From NCBI GenBank assembly GCA_010909165.1, contig MU008205.1:124001-188000 (forward strand): a stretch of DNA of 64,000 nucleotides, read 5' to 3'. Below, one piece after another: positions 47,588 to 61,552 of the stretch. A model generated the notes under the pieces. The model had not been told where the DNA came from. It made no database searches and worked only from the letters and a program-made list of their open reading frames with translations. The position numbers were made by a program, and so were the translations under genes. Numbering within the stretch: the stretch's first letter is position 1; each line of letters starts with the position of its first letter. Origin of the DNA: Anthoceros angustus (Eukaryota; Plantae; Anthocerotophyta).

Positions 47588-50500
47588 ATGTCGGGTGGAT
47601 TCAAGGTGGATGAGTCAGTCAAGCGGGTTGCTGCTGCGGTCGGGGCGGTTGCTGCAACTGGCTATGGGAAGCTGGTGGCCGTCGTGAGTCGGAGGTACAA
47701 GCGGAACCGGATCCGCCGGTCCGGGAGGAGAGGCTTGTCTCTGTTGTTGCCACCCCCATGGCATCCGTCAACGCTGTACGTAGTCGACCTACTTTGGAAG
47801 TATGTGGATGCAGGAACTGTTCGTGGCAGTAAACTTGGAGCCTGAGACTCGTGACCTCTGTGTATTTGTTTGCAAACTGAAGGACGCCGCTCCTTGCAAA
47901 CAAGGGGGAATGTGCAGAGAGGGAATGGAGGTGCTGGATGCAGTTTTGCGCGAGTTGGCTAACATGTCATCGGAGTTGATCATATGCGTGCACCTCGTCA
48001 CCAAGCATCTGAAATTTTGGCAAGCCCGTGCTCAGGTACTCCTTTGCCGCTTTGCTACCCGGGTAGCTTCCTGGCAATTGCTAAGGTTGCCTACTTTTGC
48101 ACTGTCGTCTGTTGACAAAATCATCTCCCTTTGCATTTCGTGCAGGGTAATCGAAGTGCTAAGCTGCGATTCATGGTGCTGGAGCGGGGCCCCTGGGCTC
48201 TTGCGCAAGCCATCGCCCACTTTCTGCTTGCTCTTGCTCGGAAGAAATCGGGAACTGATGAATTAGTCACTGCAGCGTCAACCCGGATAACTGAACGAAT
48301 TACTATGCTTTCCCTGCTGCAGTCTCGCATTGCAGCTGTTCTAGCGGAGGTATTTTGTGACAGGAGTTCAATTTGCAATATATATGAACCTGTTTGCTTA
48401 CTCCTTCTAAGGGCTGACAGTGTTTCTGTTGTAGATCCACGTAGAAGTCGACAAACTAGGAGATGAAGTTCAAAAAGGCCAGGGTCGACAAGCGGTGGCT
48501 GCAAGCTTGCTTGCCATACATAAGGCCATGTACACTCTGAACGGCGGCTATCAACTCCCACAGGCAGGTGACATTCCTGAGTCCCCCAGCAACGGGTACA
48601 TAGTGTTTCTTATTGTTTAGCCAGTGATGGGTTTTCGTTCCCATTGCTGGCAGGACGACTACCATGAAATCAGTGACAACAGTGCAGCCGCAACAATCAA
48701 GATAGAATTGGAAAACATGCCTGAACATTTACTGACAAAAGCTGAGTGGGCCGATGCTGAGATAGCAGATATTTTGAAGTTACTGCCGCGGAACCTGGAA
48801 CAGGTTGAGGAGGGTCTGACAATCCTTGTAAGTTTCTACTTACATCCATGGCAACCTTTTGAGCTAGATCCTGTCCTTTTTGTTGTTAGGCTTTTTATGG
48901 GCTATCATGCTGGTGACTTTGTTGTAGATGATGGGATATCGAAGGCCACGAAAAGTTATCCGACACTGGGTCCACTTCACTGGGGGGTTGTTGATCGTTG
49001 GTGCCATTGCGGGATGGCTGATGCAGCATAGTCGCTGGGGAGGCAGTGATGACCTTGATAGATGGATGCAGGAGGGTACTGAGGCAATCCGGTTTTTCCT
49101 AAAGGAGCATGTTGAACAACCGGTAACTTACTTACCCGCATCGGAATTGTAAGACTCCTGTGACCTGATTGCTTGTGCCATGTGACGCTCTGTCTCCTTG
49201 TAGGTCTCTGATGACAAACGTTTTGTTTCTAGGCCCTGGCTATTAGGGATGAGCTGTTTGAGACCTTCCGAAAGCGCCATCCAGGTGCCGTGGAACTTGA
49301 TGATGTACAGATCACTGCAGAATCTCTGCGAAGGTATTTACTGGATCCAAATTCGTGCTGTACTATCTTCAGTGAAGACGGGCATGTCCTGATGCTCTGC
49401 ACGTTGTTAGGTCTCCAAGGCTCCATCTAACCTTCAGATTTCTTGATTGAGTTTGATGTTGTGGGTGAACATGTTCCCTTTGTTGGTTCCCACAGGATGC
49501 TAAGAGACTTCGCTGAGCACGTTCTGGGTGAAATTGTCGATGAGAAGCTTTCCGAACAGCAGCTTATGGAGCTAATGATTGTCAGGTTGATTCTGCACTT
49601 TTCACAACACTTCTTTTCTGTCTTTCTGGAACAACTGACCCAGATAACAACCAGAAGACTAATGCTTCCCAGCAAAGGCCACATAACAGTGTTAGCCAAG
49701 GGTGGAATGGGATGAAGCTGCTGGTTTGAGACTAATATGAATATCTTTACCAATAAACCTTGAGTAGCACTAGTTTTGCCTTCTAACATTCTTTTCTTTT
49801 GCTGGCAGATATGAGAAGGAGCTCCCACATCCTCTGCGCAACTTCTTCACTGGTGACCTCGTTCGAGCCTTGCTGATCCAGGTAAGTAGGAAATAGTTCC
49901 GCCTTTACAAAGTATGCAGTCTTGCTTTGAGTGGTTGCTGATGTGGCCTTGCATTTTGCAGGTGCAAAAGCTGAAGCTGGATATAGAAACGTAGGCGCCA
50001 CCGATCCACAAGCACCCTACTTTTCTGTGCCACCCTCCGAGCACTTAATCCATACTGTGATAGGTGGACTAAGTTAAGTGCTCAAGTCTGTCCACGACCC
50101 TGCACTGAAAGCTCTCACTAAAATTTTGCAGGGCCATGCTAGAGCTGAACCAGATTCTCCGTGCAAATGAGATCAACTTCGCTATTCTTGCTGGATTGCC
50201 GGCTCTGCTGTCTGTATTCCTCATGGTGTATACAGTAAGGTGGTCATTAAGCCAGGTGTGTATCTCACGTATACCAGACTTTATAATGATTTAGATATTG
50301 CCTACCCAGTCAGCTGAGTGTTCTCCATCTTGCAGTGGACTGGAAGTGACAAGGCACATGTCATCTTGTGTTGCTCATGCACATGTCACCTTGTGTTGCT
50401 CATGCACATTTTGAATATGTGTGGGGCTGTAATGTGAAGCTAACACAAACCCCTTTCACAGAGTAAGAGTGCTGAGGGTCGTGGGAGAGCGGCGCAGTTG

Positions 50501-50960
50501 TATAGACGCATGATGGCAGCAGATGCCGAGAAGAGGATAATTATGATCCAGGTGTTGATTGACAATGGGGAGGTATCCGCTTCAACTCACGAGACTTACC
50601 GTTTCTCATGAAACTAGTGCAGTTGCTTATGCAGCCCTTCTCCACGTCCTGGCAGAACGAAGAAAGTCATTGGCAATTTGGGATGTTGATCTACGTGCTG
50701 GACAGGCTGAGCATAGTGGTTCGCAAGTCGGCACTCTCGACGGGAGAGTGGAAAAGGTAAGCAGCCCTTTCGGTTACTGTATCACTTCAACTGCTAGTCT
50801 TGCATGACCAGTTTCGCCTATAACAACGAAGCGTCTTGGCAGCATCCGCAGCGACATACTTTTGCTTGCTAACCCCAGACTCTCTACTCAGTACAAGCTT
50901 GTCCTCACTGCACGGATGGAACGCATATATGAGTGCCTTATCCCAGTCCCGAAAATTTGA
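47588..50960 (+). CDS. DGS1: DGS1 (DGD1 suppressor 1, mitochondrial NCA2-domain protein), multi-exon
   Basis: Motifs: HLKFWQARAQ|GNRSAKLRFMVLERGP; LRANEINFAILAGLPA; C-terminus IRSDILLLANP.LSTQYKLVLTARMERIYECLIPVPKI*. Many short GT-AG introns. Start codon tentative. Confidence 0.9.
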
Positions 50961-51159
50961 GCATCAGGGAATTGGCTGAGCCGGATTTAATCTGGGTGAA
51001 TAATTTCTCACAAATTAGAAGACGACGATCCGTTAGCTCCTCCTGATAAACGTCCCCCGCATTTCAATCTCTAAAAGCTCCATAGTGGCTGGGTGTCCGT
51101 CGTGAAGTTCATGGACAGTAATGAGATACATCTTCACGAGTGGCCAAACCAGAGTTGTA

Positions 51160-54100
51160 TCATAAGTCAGCTGGCGGTGGGGGAGGTGGGTCCGGGGGTG
51201 GTTCAGACGGTAGCGGAGGGTACCCACGGGGAGAACCTGGTCCCTCTACTTCCATATCAGAAGCATGAAAGTTACCTGACGAAGATATTGAGGCACGGAC
51301 AGCATTATGGGCATGGGCCCCCGACAGACGTGCTTCCTCCATGGCTGAAGTCCTTGCACTGCCAGACGGCGGAGACTTCCTGGCCCGAAAGACTCCCCAC
51401 AAAAAAGGGAAGTCACAACCTGCGCCCGCCAGTGGTGCTCTATTAAAAACATTTGCCTCAGACATTAAGAGGAAAAGGCGAACGGACGTAACGAATGTGG
51501 ACTTACTTTGTTGTTGCTGAACTGGCAGCCAACGGGAGGGAAGGACAAAAAGGTCCGCGCCCTCTACCACAGCTCCCCTAAGCACCAGATCTCTTGACTC
51601 CATGTGTTGAACGAGCTGCTTGTATCCAATTTGAGAGCTGCACATACCAGAATTTTCCATTCACTCTTCAGCAAAAATGCAAAAGCGTTGTACATAAGAG
51701 TTCAAGAGGATGACGAACAATACCTTCCCACATTTAATGGGAAGAAGTAGAAGGCAATCGAGTCATCGGATGGTAGCTGTCTCTGAAACTGTCTGGGCCA
51801 AGAATCAATGTCGACACCCCGTCGCACTTCTTCCAATTGAAGAACATTCGGTAAGCGCATGGCAACCTCGCGAACTCTAGGAACAGCTTTGCTTGAAATA
51901 TAAGCATCTATGGTTCCATATGACCGAGTAGCTTCCCCCATTACTAAAACTGTGAATCTACCTCTGAGAGAAACAGCACAAGCACATCTGTGAAGTGAGA
52001 CATACTGGTACTTGCCCATCAACCTGTTCAACGGAAGAGGTACATGATATACTGCTTACCTCCAAACAATGTTACTTGGGCTGGCAGGTGTCTGACGACC
52101 GTGAGCTCCAGCATCCGATGGAGGTTGTGGACGCTGCCGTCCAGGCCTTGGCAAATTCAACCTTCCACTCGAACCGTCTTCAGCTCCAGCATCCAATCGC
52201 TGCTGCCCAGGCATTTGCGTATTCAACCTTCCACTACAGCTGTCTCCAGCTCCAGAATCCAATGGCTGTGCGTGCTGTCCAGGCCTTTGCAAACTGACAG
52301 TCTCACTAGAACTGTCTTCAACCCCAGCTTCCAATTGCTGACTGTGCTGCTGCAACCGTTGAAAGCCCAACCTCTGGAAGCTCAAACGGTCTTCGTTGGC
52401 ACCCCCCGCAGGCACGGGCCATGCAATTACATTTGATGTCACCACTTTGGGCAAACTTGTTTCCCCCTCGGAAGTCACTTTCGGCAAGGCATGCTGCGGG
52501 CTAACATCTTGCAATAAAGGAGTGGCTTTCTCAGACTCCATCACCATTGTCTGCTGAAGTTCTCGTTGCCATGGACTTCCAGTCAGCTCCCCGGGACTGC
52601 TTCTTTGAGCTTCTTTTGCAGCAGTACTAAAAGCTTTCCATCGACTTAAGAGCTGATCAGGCGGTGCCTCATCCAAAGAAGCCTTTTTCTCCTCGGCAGT
52701 ATCCTGCCCTAAAGGCAAGCTCGATGATGTTGTAGATGGTAACTCTCTGGCTATTCCAGCCAGATTAGTCACTTCCAAGTGTCTCAGCAGATCCTCTGTC
52801 AGACCACCCTTTGAGCTGGTAACTGGTGCTGTACGCTGTGTGGATGCCAACTGTACATCAGCACCTGCAACATCCTCATAATCAAAGTCTGTGCTCTCTG
52901 CCTTTACATTTAAGTCAAGCCAATCTCGCTGTCTCCCTCTCTGGGCTCCTGTCACATTGCCTGAGTTTGTTTCAGGTGTGCTGTCAACTTGCAATTTCTG
53001 GCCTTTGTCTTCTTCCAGCTTGACGCTACTATTGTCTGTCAGACTTGGCTTGGCTTGGCTAGGCAGATCCAGTGGTTTGGCTTGGCTTCCATAATTTGCT
53101 AGTCCTTCAACAAGAGAGCAACTGGATGACAACACTTGTGCACCCCGCCCCTTGCAACCCTGATCATCAGCCGGAAGGGCAAGTTCTGCTTCAGCTTGAT
53201 CAGGCATGCTGGCAATGCTCTCATCAGGTAAGTTCAAATCAATTGAACCATTCAAATTCATCGTATTTTTGCAAAGTGGAACAGTCCCTACAGAATATCA
53301 AAACTTATAAGATGAGCGCTCCTGAGAACAGAGAATCAAGCACGGTAAATCACAGACTACAGTAGATAACAGATCATTCCCATCTGTCGCAGAAGAATAT
53401 CCATTCTGGTAACAGCAACTCTCATGAAAAGTCTATCTAGCATTAGAGCTGCACATCAACAACATGTATGGTTGCAAGGCGTCCCAAGCACGCGGATACG
53501 AGATGGTATCTACATAACCAGACCATACAAGATCCAGACAGTACAGACATAACACAGGGTGCACATATAGGAGCATCGACCAGAAGAATAAACCACCAAA
53601 GTTGTGAGAATCTACCTGGAGGCTGGAGAGTGTGAGTGTGGGAACTGGTTGACGCATCCATTTCTTGCCTTGGTCTGTGGTCGTCAGGAACATGCCCACT
53701 TGCTGCATTTCCTGCTTCGCCATTAGGAATCCTGTCCTGATGCTTCTTCATGAAAGTGGCAGTTCCTTGTTCATGCTTCTCCATGGTTGGGGTGGTGGAA
53801 GGGTTAGTGCTTGATCCAAGCTTTTGGTCAGCAGTGTCCTTCCGGGTAGAGAGTTCAGAAAACGACCTCGCCATCTTCTTGGTTACCTTTTCAGCAGGCT
53901 GGTTGGCTCCATTCAACGGGACCAGCAGCTGAGAATTGTCTGCCCTTGCTTTCTGCTCTACACCAGGGTGGATAATAGACCTATTTGCGACCCCCTTCAC
54001 AAGTTTAGCAGACGCAATGGCAGAAGACACATCAGTTGCTCCCCGTACATGCCCTCCGGATGCAAGGCGCGACGATGGTTGAGACTGTGCAGCTCCCTTA

Positions 54101-55830
54101 CTCCCTTCCTTGCTTCTGTTTAGGGTTACATCACCCTTCCACTGCATATCAGCTTTGGTAGGCAAGAGAAACGACGGGATACCTTCACCTGCTGACTTCA
54201 TGCTTCCAACTGCCTTGGTTCCAGAGGAAGCTTGTTGACTAGGAGAGGATAAGGTGGAAGTGGAGCGGATGGCTCCAGTCATGCCCTCTGGTTTGGCTGA
54301 TCTACTGTTTTCACCGTCATTTGAAGCACTAGGCCCAGATAAATCTCCCACTCTAAGAGAGGACTGTCTAAGAGTCGATCTGGGAGAAGGCAGAACAGGG
54401 GCATCATGTCCACCGGACTTCACACCACTTCGAGCCCCAGAAGTGATTCCACCAGCCGAGACAAGAGGGGTTATAAACTTAACCTTTGACTCCATAGACT
54501 TTGAAGAGTTTTCCCGCTGAAGGGTTCGAACATGAAAACCACCAGGGACTGGAGAAGAACTAATCCCTACAGCCGCTCTTTTGGCAGCAGGGCCTGCCGA
54601 TGTTTCATCCATTGGTCTCTTCAACTGGCCATCCTGACTTGCAGGATGTGGACTAACAGGACAGCGAAAGTCATCCACCGACCTCTTGGCAGACCCTGGA
54701 GTGCTCTCACCCCCAGGTCTCTTAACTGACCCCTGCAATTCATCAACACCCTTCAAAATGGCGCTAGCGGAAGTTCCTTCAACAGCAGATCGCTTGTAAG
54801 GAGGGCCAGTGATTGCTTCTTCCATTGGCCGCTTTGTCGGTAATGTTTGAGTTCCTGGAACTCCTTTCACTGCTCTTCTCCCAAATGTTTTTTTCTCCAG
54901 CCTTGCTCCGATGCGTGAGCGCACATTTCCAATGCCACTTCCTTTCCTGCCAGTGACCACTGATGCTGGTCGCATACCAATATGCAGAGCAGACACTGCA
55001 GCTGGCTGTTCAGTCTGCTGCGGAGGGTTCTCCCTTTGACCTGTCTTGCACGCTTCACAAACCCAGGCTTCAGGTACTTCTTCCAGGCGTTTCTGCATGC
55101 AATACCTGTTGCAAAGGGGAGATAAATGATGTTAACCACTATGCTGAATCCTCCAGAATACAGCTTCTTTTTGCAGTTGGAAACATTCGTACATTTAATC
55201 CCAGGATGTATGTTCTCCACCAAAATCAGAACTGCTAGACTGCTCAGCCAGTAGCTTATATACCGTGACTTCTACTATACTTATCAAATTCAACCTTGTG
55301 TGGAGAAATGATATAGAAGACAGTCACACATGCTTAGCACTTGAAAACATCTGGAAATAACCTATCTGAACAACGACTAACAGGTGACTTTAATCGGTCC
55401 CAAAACATCTACACAAACTTGACAATCACCACACTGAGCCACAGGGCAACTCCTACCAAGTCACAGAGGAACTCTTGAAAAGAGAAACAAGATGTATAAG
55501 ACACTCACACATGCTCAGCACCCTCTCCACATAGCGTGCAAACTGCCAAGAGCTTCTCATAGCCAGCATCACCACAGATGTCACAGACTTGTCCCTGCAG
55601 CAGGATTTGCGATAGTTACGCAAGGCTAATTGTGCTTCAAAAAGAGTTGCATCTCCACAGAAAATGTACAATCGACCCAAAGGGCAAATGTGTACAGAAG
55701 ATGCACATCATAACAACAGATGAACTCCTACAGAAGCGAATACTCACATCAATGACTTCTGGTTCAGTGGCCGGATCCATTCTTGTGGCGTCCTCTGTAC
55801 GTAAGCCCTGATTGTTTCAATCGACGGAGC
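51160..55830 (-). CDS. PHD finger + AIPP2-type SPOC-like domain chromatin protein (AIPP2/PAIPP2-like); 5' end uncertain
   Basis: The PHD is split over two exons: VCDICGDAGYEKLLAVCTLCGEGAEHV (55594-55509) | YCMQKRLEEVPEAWVCEAC (from 55105). Long low-complexity exons are ORFs 53443-55098 and 52056-53261. The C-terminal domain reads AYISSKAVPRVREVAMRLP..LEEVRR..SWPRQF..SDDSIAFYFFP..DLVLRG..LFVLPS..FLWGVFR. Confidence 0.88.
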
Positions 55831-58020
55831 TTGGATTCGACTCCTTCAAGGTGAAGGATGATGGGAAGTTCATGATTAAGAGAGCAACACCAACCCTGCT
55901 ACAGTTGTCATTTACTTGCGCCCAACGTTACCTGCCCAAGGGGAAATAGCGCACTGGAGCCAAGGTAGGGTGGAAGAATGGGGGGTCCGTGCCAGAACCA
56001 CTTTCTCACATGAACCTGCTACTTCACGAGCTACCACCCCAAGAGTTGACAGCATCCTGGATCGGCCGTCCTGTGTTTGGTAGAACCCCGAGTGTGACCC
56101 AGGTGTTGCTGTGCCAGTAAGGCACTGCTGCCGCCGTCGAGATACTTTGTCCTTCTAGCCTCGGTTAGGCCAGTGACGGGCTCATAAGCATACCATCGCT
56201 CGATCTGGAAAGCATATCCGGTACGTTAATTACACATTTCTTGGTCCAGCCATCTCCAAATACCATGTACCCGCACCTCAGAGTTCATCGAAGCTTCCAA
56301 TTAACAATAACCTGGCAGCCCCGGAGCAACGCAACCACCGGGGTGACGCTTCGTGCATTTGCTCGCTCACAGTCTAAGCCAGGCAGGCTGAGCCTGTCAT
56401 GCCCTGCACTCCAAATTCCTCTTGGCAGTTCCGTGCCACACCATGAACCCGTACGGGGGAACATCAAATGCCAAAGCAAGGCAGCTCAATTTCCGACCTG
56501 CCGCCCGCACATTACAAGCACATGAGCGGGCCGCCAAGCCCAGAGCATCTTGAAACAAATTGCCAGTTCCGGACTCCAGTAAGCTGCAACTCTCACGCAG
56601 TCAGCTTCATGAGGTCAGTCGCCTTCCAGAAAGGGCCGGTGGCCATTTTCCGACGCCCAGCCGCCATGATAGAAGTCGACGCCGGTTTCGATCGCAGCAT
56701 GGTGCGTGCTGTCCGAGGTCATGGCGCAGCATCAAGGACCAGACAGAGTGATCGGCAACGCTCTTCGTCAAGACGCGATCACTCGAAAGGAATGCGTTCC
56801 CGGGTTCCGCAACATGTGTATACTAAAGTCACCTCCAATCGACACCATATAAATAGTGCACTGAATCTTTCCTTACCTTCAGTACAAAGTTCGGCAGCCA
56901 CACTTTAACCCCCTTCCATCGGATCCATAAGTGTGCCATAGGACCCACACCTCCACATAGCACAACATAGCACATGCTCATGCGTCAGTCTCCATATAGC
57001 ACTAGCTCATTATTTTGTCTCTCTTCTACCTATCATTTTAAATCGTAAATAGTTCATAACATCTGTACCATGAGGTTTTTTTTCAGTTGGAGTGGAAGTG
57101 TGACTGTTTTTGAAGTGTCCAAAACCCGGTTATCATTATTTTGTCTCTCTTTAACTAGGTATGCAGTCTCTAATATGCCGTGCGGTGTGGTTTGTTTTCA
57201 TTTGGAGTGGAAGTGTGACTTTGAAGTGTATGAAAATCCTTTAAACTTCCACAAACGAGTTTTAGTACCTAACCTAACACGTTGCATACAAATCTGGTAG
57301 AAAGTTGTAGGCAGTCAACAAATTTTGTCCCAATAGCAGTAGATACAGAGTTACAGACACGTAGGGGACAAAAAAGCAAATGAAAGCAACAAAAACCCCT
57401 TGCTCTCTTTGCCCCAGCGTTATTGGCTACAACCACATCCTCGTTCACACGCCTCTTCCTTCTCCTCCTGCCTAGTATGTACAGTGCATCACATACTAGC
57501 CCCGGGATGAAGAAGGATGCCTTACTAATTATGCACCTAGTTGATGAGGTATAAGTGAGGAGCACCATGTTGTGTGCTTTACGGATTAACGCATTCTCCC
57601 TAATCCAAAAGCCAAAGCTCCGTTGCTCTAATTTTGCGTGGGTGTTTTGAACAGCGGAGAACACAAATCTCACATACCGGGAGAAAGATTGTCCAGTAAT
57701 CGCATGAGGCTGTGCCTATCTCCCTCATTCTAGTAATCTATTTCTGTATGAGCCCTGCCACTGCATCTTCGTTCTCTTATTTGGCCATGATACTATCGTT
57801 TCCACCAAAGCGTGACGAGAACCTGGCTGCCCCTTATAGGTTAGCGCGTTCCATGTTTCTCACACAAAAGTGGAGTCGTGCAGGAGATCAGAGTTCAGTT
57901 TCTGTGGGGAGGATTGGCGTCCATCAAGGTGCTGCAGCTCGCGGCTCCCCTGGGTGCGAAGGCTTGGTTCTCAAAGCTCAAAATAACTTCGTGGGTTGAT
58001 CGGATCCGGTGCTCATTCTG

Positions 58021-59767
58021 ATGCCCGTTGGTCTTCAGCCCAGCCCTCAATCGGCGGGGGTGGGAGGTGGGTTCCTCCGCCCAGCCGACTCCCTGGGATG
58101 GCCGCTCCAGAGGCTGCGCAACTGTCGTGCGTACGCCAGCTCGGGGTTGAGAAGGCAAGAGACGGTTGCTGGCAATGTGGCCTACAGGGAGGCTCACGAG
58201 ATTGGTGGTTTGAAGGCTGCTGCAGGTGGGTGTGTCGTGCTGAGTGTGCTCCCTTGGTTCATGCTATTCAGCTGCTTGCCTATGGGCAGTCGCTGTGGCT
58301 CTGTGACAAGAAGGAGCCCTTCAGCCTGTTCGTGCAGTTGGTGGACGGACATTGGGGGAGGTCTTGTTGGAGGGAAGCCAGTTTGCTTGGGAACGGGAGA
58401 AATCTAAGGGGATGGTGATTCAGTTCCTGAAAGACAGAGGGGTCAGTACCGTAACAGCTAGACAGACGGTGAACAGGTCTCCGGTGTTCCTGGGACACCT
58501 TCTCAGTCTGCTGTTCTGCAATTTCCAAAGCCAAATTCGAGCTGGTAATGCCTGCTACCTGTGGCCAGTGGAACCTCCTGCTGCTTATTATGTGCACTCT
58601 CATGCTTGTGGTGCTCATCAATGCTCAGTGGTCGTTGCAGGCAGAGAGTTGACAGCGCATGAAATCACCAGTACCCTGCACCCCTATCTGGAAAGTCTGG
58701 CCTTGAAGTACAGAGAGGGCTTGGTCGATGTGTTCCTGAGCTTCCCAGACCCACCCAGATCAAGGAAGGCATCGAATGGGACCTCAGTCTCCGGAGAAGA
58801 TGCAAGTGACTTACGAGATCTGTACATGAACTACCCGCACCTGCTGAGCAATATAGTGGATGGCGAACTTCGTCCACCCCTCCTGTACCTTCTCAGTCTG
58901 GGCCTGAGTGAAAGCCAGGTGGAAACTATTGTGAGAAGATTCCCTGCAATCGTAAGCTACAGTGTGAAGGGGAAGCTCAAGCCCATGGTTGACCTCATTC
59001 TGGCTATGGGAGTCGCTCCATCAGACATTCCCAAGGTGGTCATAAAGAGGCCACAACTTCTAGGTTGCAGTGTGGCGGACAACATGAAACCGACCATGGC
59101 GTACCTGGAAAGCCTTGGGGTGGAGGAGGAACAGTGGCCCAGGATGCTGGTGAAGTTCCCTCACGTCATCACCTTCAGCCAGAGTAAGCTGCAAGGTTTG
59201 GTAACCTTTCTTTCAGAGCTGGGCATTGCCCCACCGTTGCTTGGTAGGCTGTTGAGTAGATTTCCATCTCTGACGGGGTACAGTGTGGAGGCGAAACTGA
59301 GACCCATCACAGCCTACTTCCGTGAGCTGGGTATCACGGATGTAGGCGGCCTTGTTCTCCGTTCTCCCCAAGTTTTTGGGCTAAGTCTGCAGGAGAACAT
59401 CAAACCTACGGTAGAGTTCCTTCTGAGTTTGGGTCTCACGGGACAGGACGTTGCAACAATCCTTCCCAGGTTCCCGCAGCTGCTAGGTTTGAATGTTCCC
59501 AACAACTTGCGGCTGAAAGCAGAGTTCTTGGCCGAGGTGGGTAGGGACTCGTCGGAGGTGGTCGATTTCCCGCAGTACTTCGGGTACAGCTTGACCAAAA
59601 GAATCAAACCTCGATTGGAAGCCGTTGCAGCAATCGGGATACCGTGGACGTTGAATCGGACGCTGACAACGGCCGACGGTGTCTTCAGGGCTACCATGGA
59701 GAAGGAAAAACGAACTCTCTCCATCAGGTCTGGGTCTGCGCAGCTGTTGCAAAATGGGCCAGAGTGA
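58021..59767 (+). CDS. mTERF5: Mitochondrial transcription termination factor family protein, mTERF5/MDA1-like (organelle-targeted)
   Basis: N-terminal EKSK..QFLKDRG..G|RELT.HEI...PYLE..SFPDPP, then mTERF repeats (YSVKGKLKPMVD, KRPQLLG, FPQYFGYSLTKRIKPR). Introns inferred at 58226-58337 and 58545-58640. Confidence 0.88.
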
Positions 59768-59985
59768 GTTACCATTCTGTTCTCTCCCGCATTATGATCA
59801 ATCATCATTCAAATTTCAGTGACACATTTCAGAGCCTTCGCCCATCTGTCACCCGGAAAAAATGGACCCTGTCCTGTCCACTGTTCAGTGACAAACTCTC
59901 TTGCTAGTCTACGGATTTTATTGCGGCGTGCCCATCACAGCCAGCACAGTCGGCCAGGCCACTGCCGCAGACGGCATTCTGGACG

Positions 59986-61552
59986 ATGGCAGAGTTCGGA
60001 ATGGCTCGAAGTATCCGGATCATGGTCCTGTTCGGAATGGTTTCCTTGGCGCTGTCAGATTCAGCGGTATGTATGATCCATGCAGCTCGCTCGCCGCCCA
60101 TGTTTGTCTTCGGCGCGTCCCTGGTGGACATGGGGCAGAATGCGGCAGCATTGCCCTTTCATTCGTACTCGGAGTTCCCGCCGTATGGAATGGACTTTTT
60201 CGGCAACCCAGCCAAGCGCTTCAGCAACGGAAGGCTGTTCGTGGATTTCATCTGTGAGTTCCCTAACTCTGTGCTGGTTATGGCAAGGCTACAGCCAAAA
60301 TAGTATGCATCCACTTGCTAAGAGGAGCGATGGCACACAGCTGAGGCTCTGGGTCAGGAGTATCTGCATCCGTATCTGTCCCTTCAAACAGGGGGGTATG
60401 AGCAAGGAGTGAATTTTGCTTCTTCTGGATCAACTGCCACTAACAGTACCCTCTCGGGCGCAAGGATCTTCAATGGCTTGTTCGAGTACACAAGCAACGG
60501 CATATTCTCCTTGCTTGTTCAAGTGGATCAGTTCCGGATCTTCAAAAGCACAGTGGAGGAGGCCAACGCAGAAGGTTGGCTGGCCCGGGTTGTAAGATGT
60601 GCATCTTATGTTTCTTCCATAGTTATCATCAGTCTTTGAAGGCTACAGACTTTGTCTTGTAGGACGCAAATCTCACCTATCGAATGATGACTTCTCCAAA
60701 GCCGTGTATATCTTGGAGACGGCAAACAACGACTATCTAACCTACGGTTACCAGTCAAAAGACTTTAATGCTGACAACCTAGTCACTTCAGTTCTGCACA
60801 GTATGGAGCAGTCTCTCAAGGTACTCCGTTTTCCTCGGACATGCACAAAGTGGATATTCTCTGACCTGATCTGTCTCACATTGGCTCATTCTATCACCCT
60901 CCCCAATGTTGTCACAGGTTTTGTATGAGGAAGGAGCTCGGAGAGTCGTAGTTCTTAATCTTGTTCCCCTGGGTTGTATGCCAATAGTCTTAGGAAAGAC
61001 TATAGGCACAGGGGATGCTCTGGATCATCATGGTTGTGTGAGCAAGTATAATGAGCTTGCTACTCTTCACAATAAGAATTTGCAGCCACTGATTACCAGG
61101 CTGAACAGCGAGCTTGCAGAGCCAGGTTTCTTCGTCTTTGACATCTACAGGATCTTCATGGATGCAATCACAAATCCTTCTGCTCAAGGTACAGTCACCT
61201 GTGCCCAGTCTGTAACCTCGGATGCTCGTGCTTGTTTTGCCAGCTCATGGCTGGTTCGCTGCTATCAGGTTTGCAACATGTGCTCATCAGTTGCTGCGGT
61301 TATGGAGGGGAACCGTACAACTACAGTGACGAGGTGCATTGTGGTGGCTTCGGCTACGTCGACGGTGTGCTGAGAAGCGCTTCCACTTGTGAGGATCCCT
61401 CGGCCTATTTGTTCTGGGACTCCTTTCATCCGACCGAGACCTTCAACAAGCGAATTGCTGATGCTTTTTTGAACGGAGACTACATGCACCCGAGATTTGT
61501 CATCAGGGAAAGTTGTTCCACCGCCGAGAGCCCCTACTCATCCGACAACTGA
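59986..61552 (+). CDS. GDSL/SGNH esterase-lipase, 5 exons
   Basis: Signal-like N-terminus; FVFGASLVDMGQN; PYGMDFFG..RFSNGRL; GVNFASSGS; ANNDY; GARRVVV.NL.PLGC.P; SCCG; YLFWDSFHPTE. Introns start at 60254, ~60581, ~60821 and ~61190. Confidence 0.93.

Noticed and set aside
55830-57700. Short ORFs upstream of the PHD gene and in the PHD-mTERF intergenic region
   Set aside because: No recognisable motifs. Some may be 5' exons of the PHD gene, but they could not be assembled reliably.
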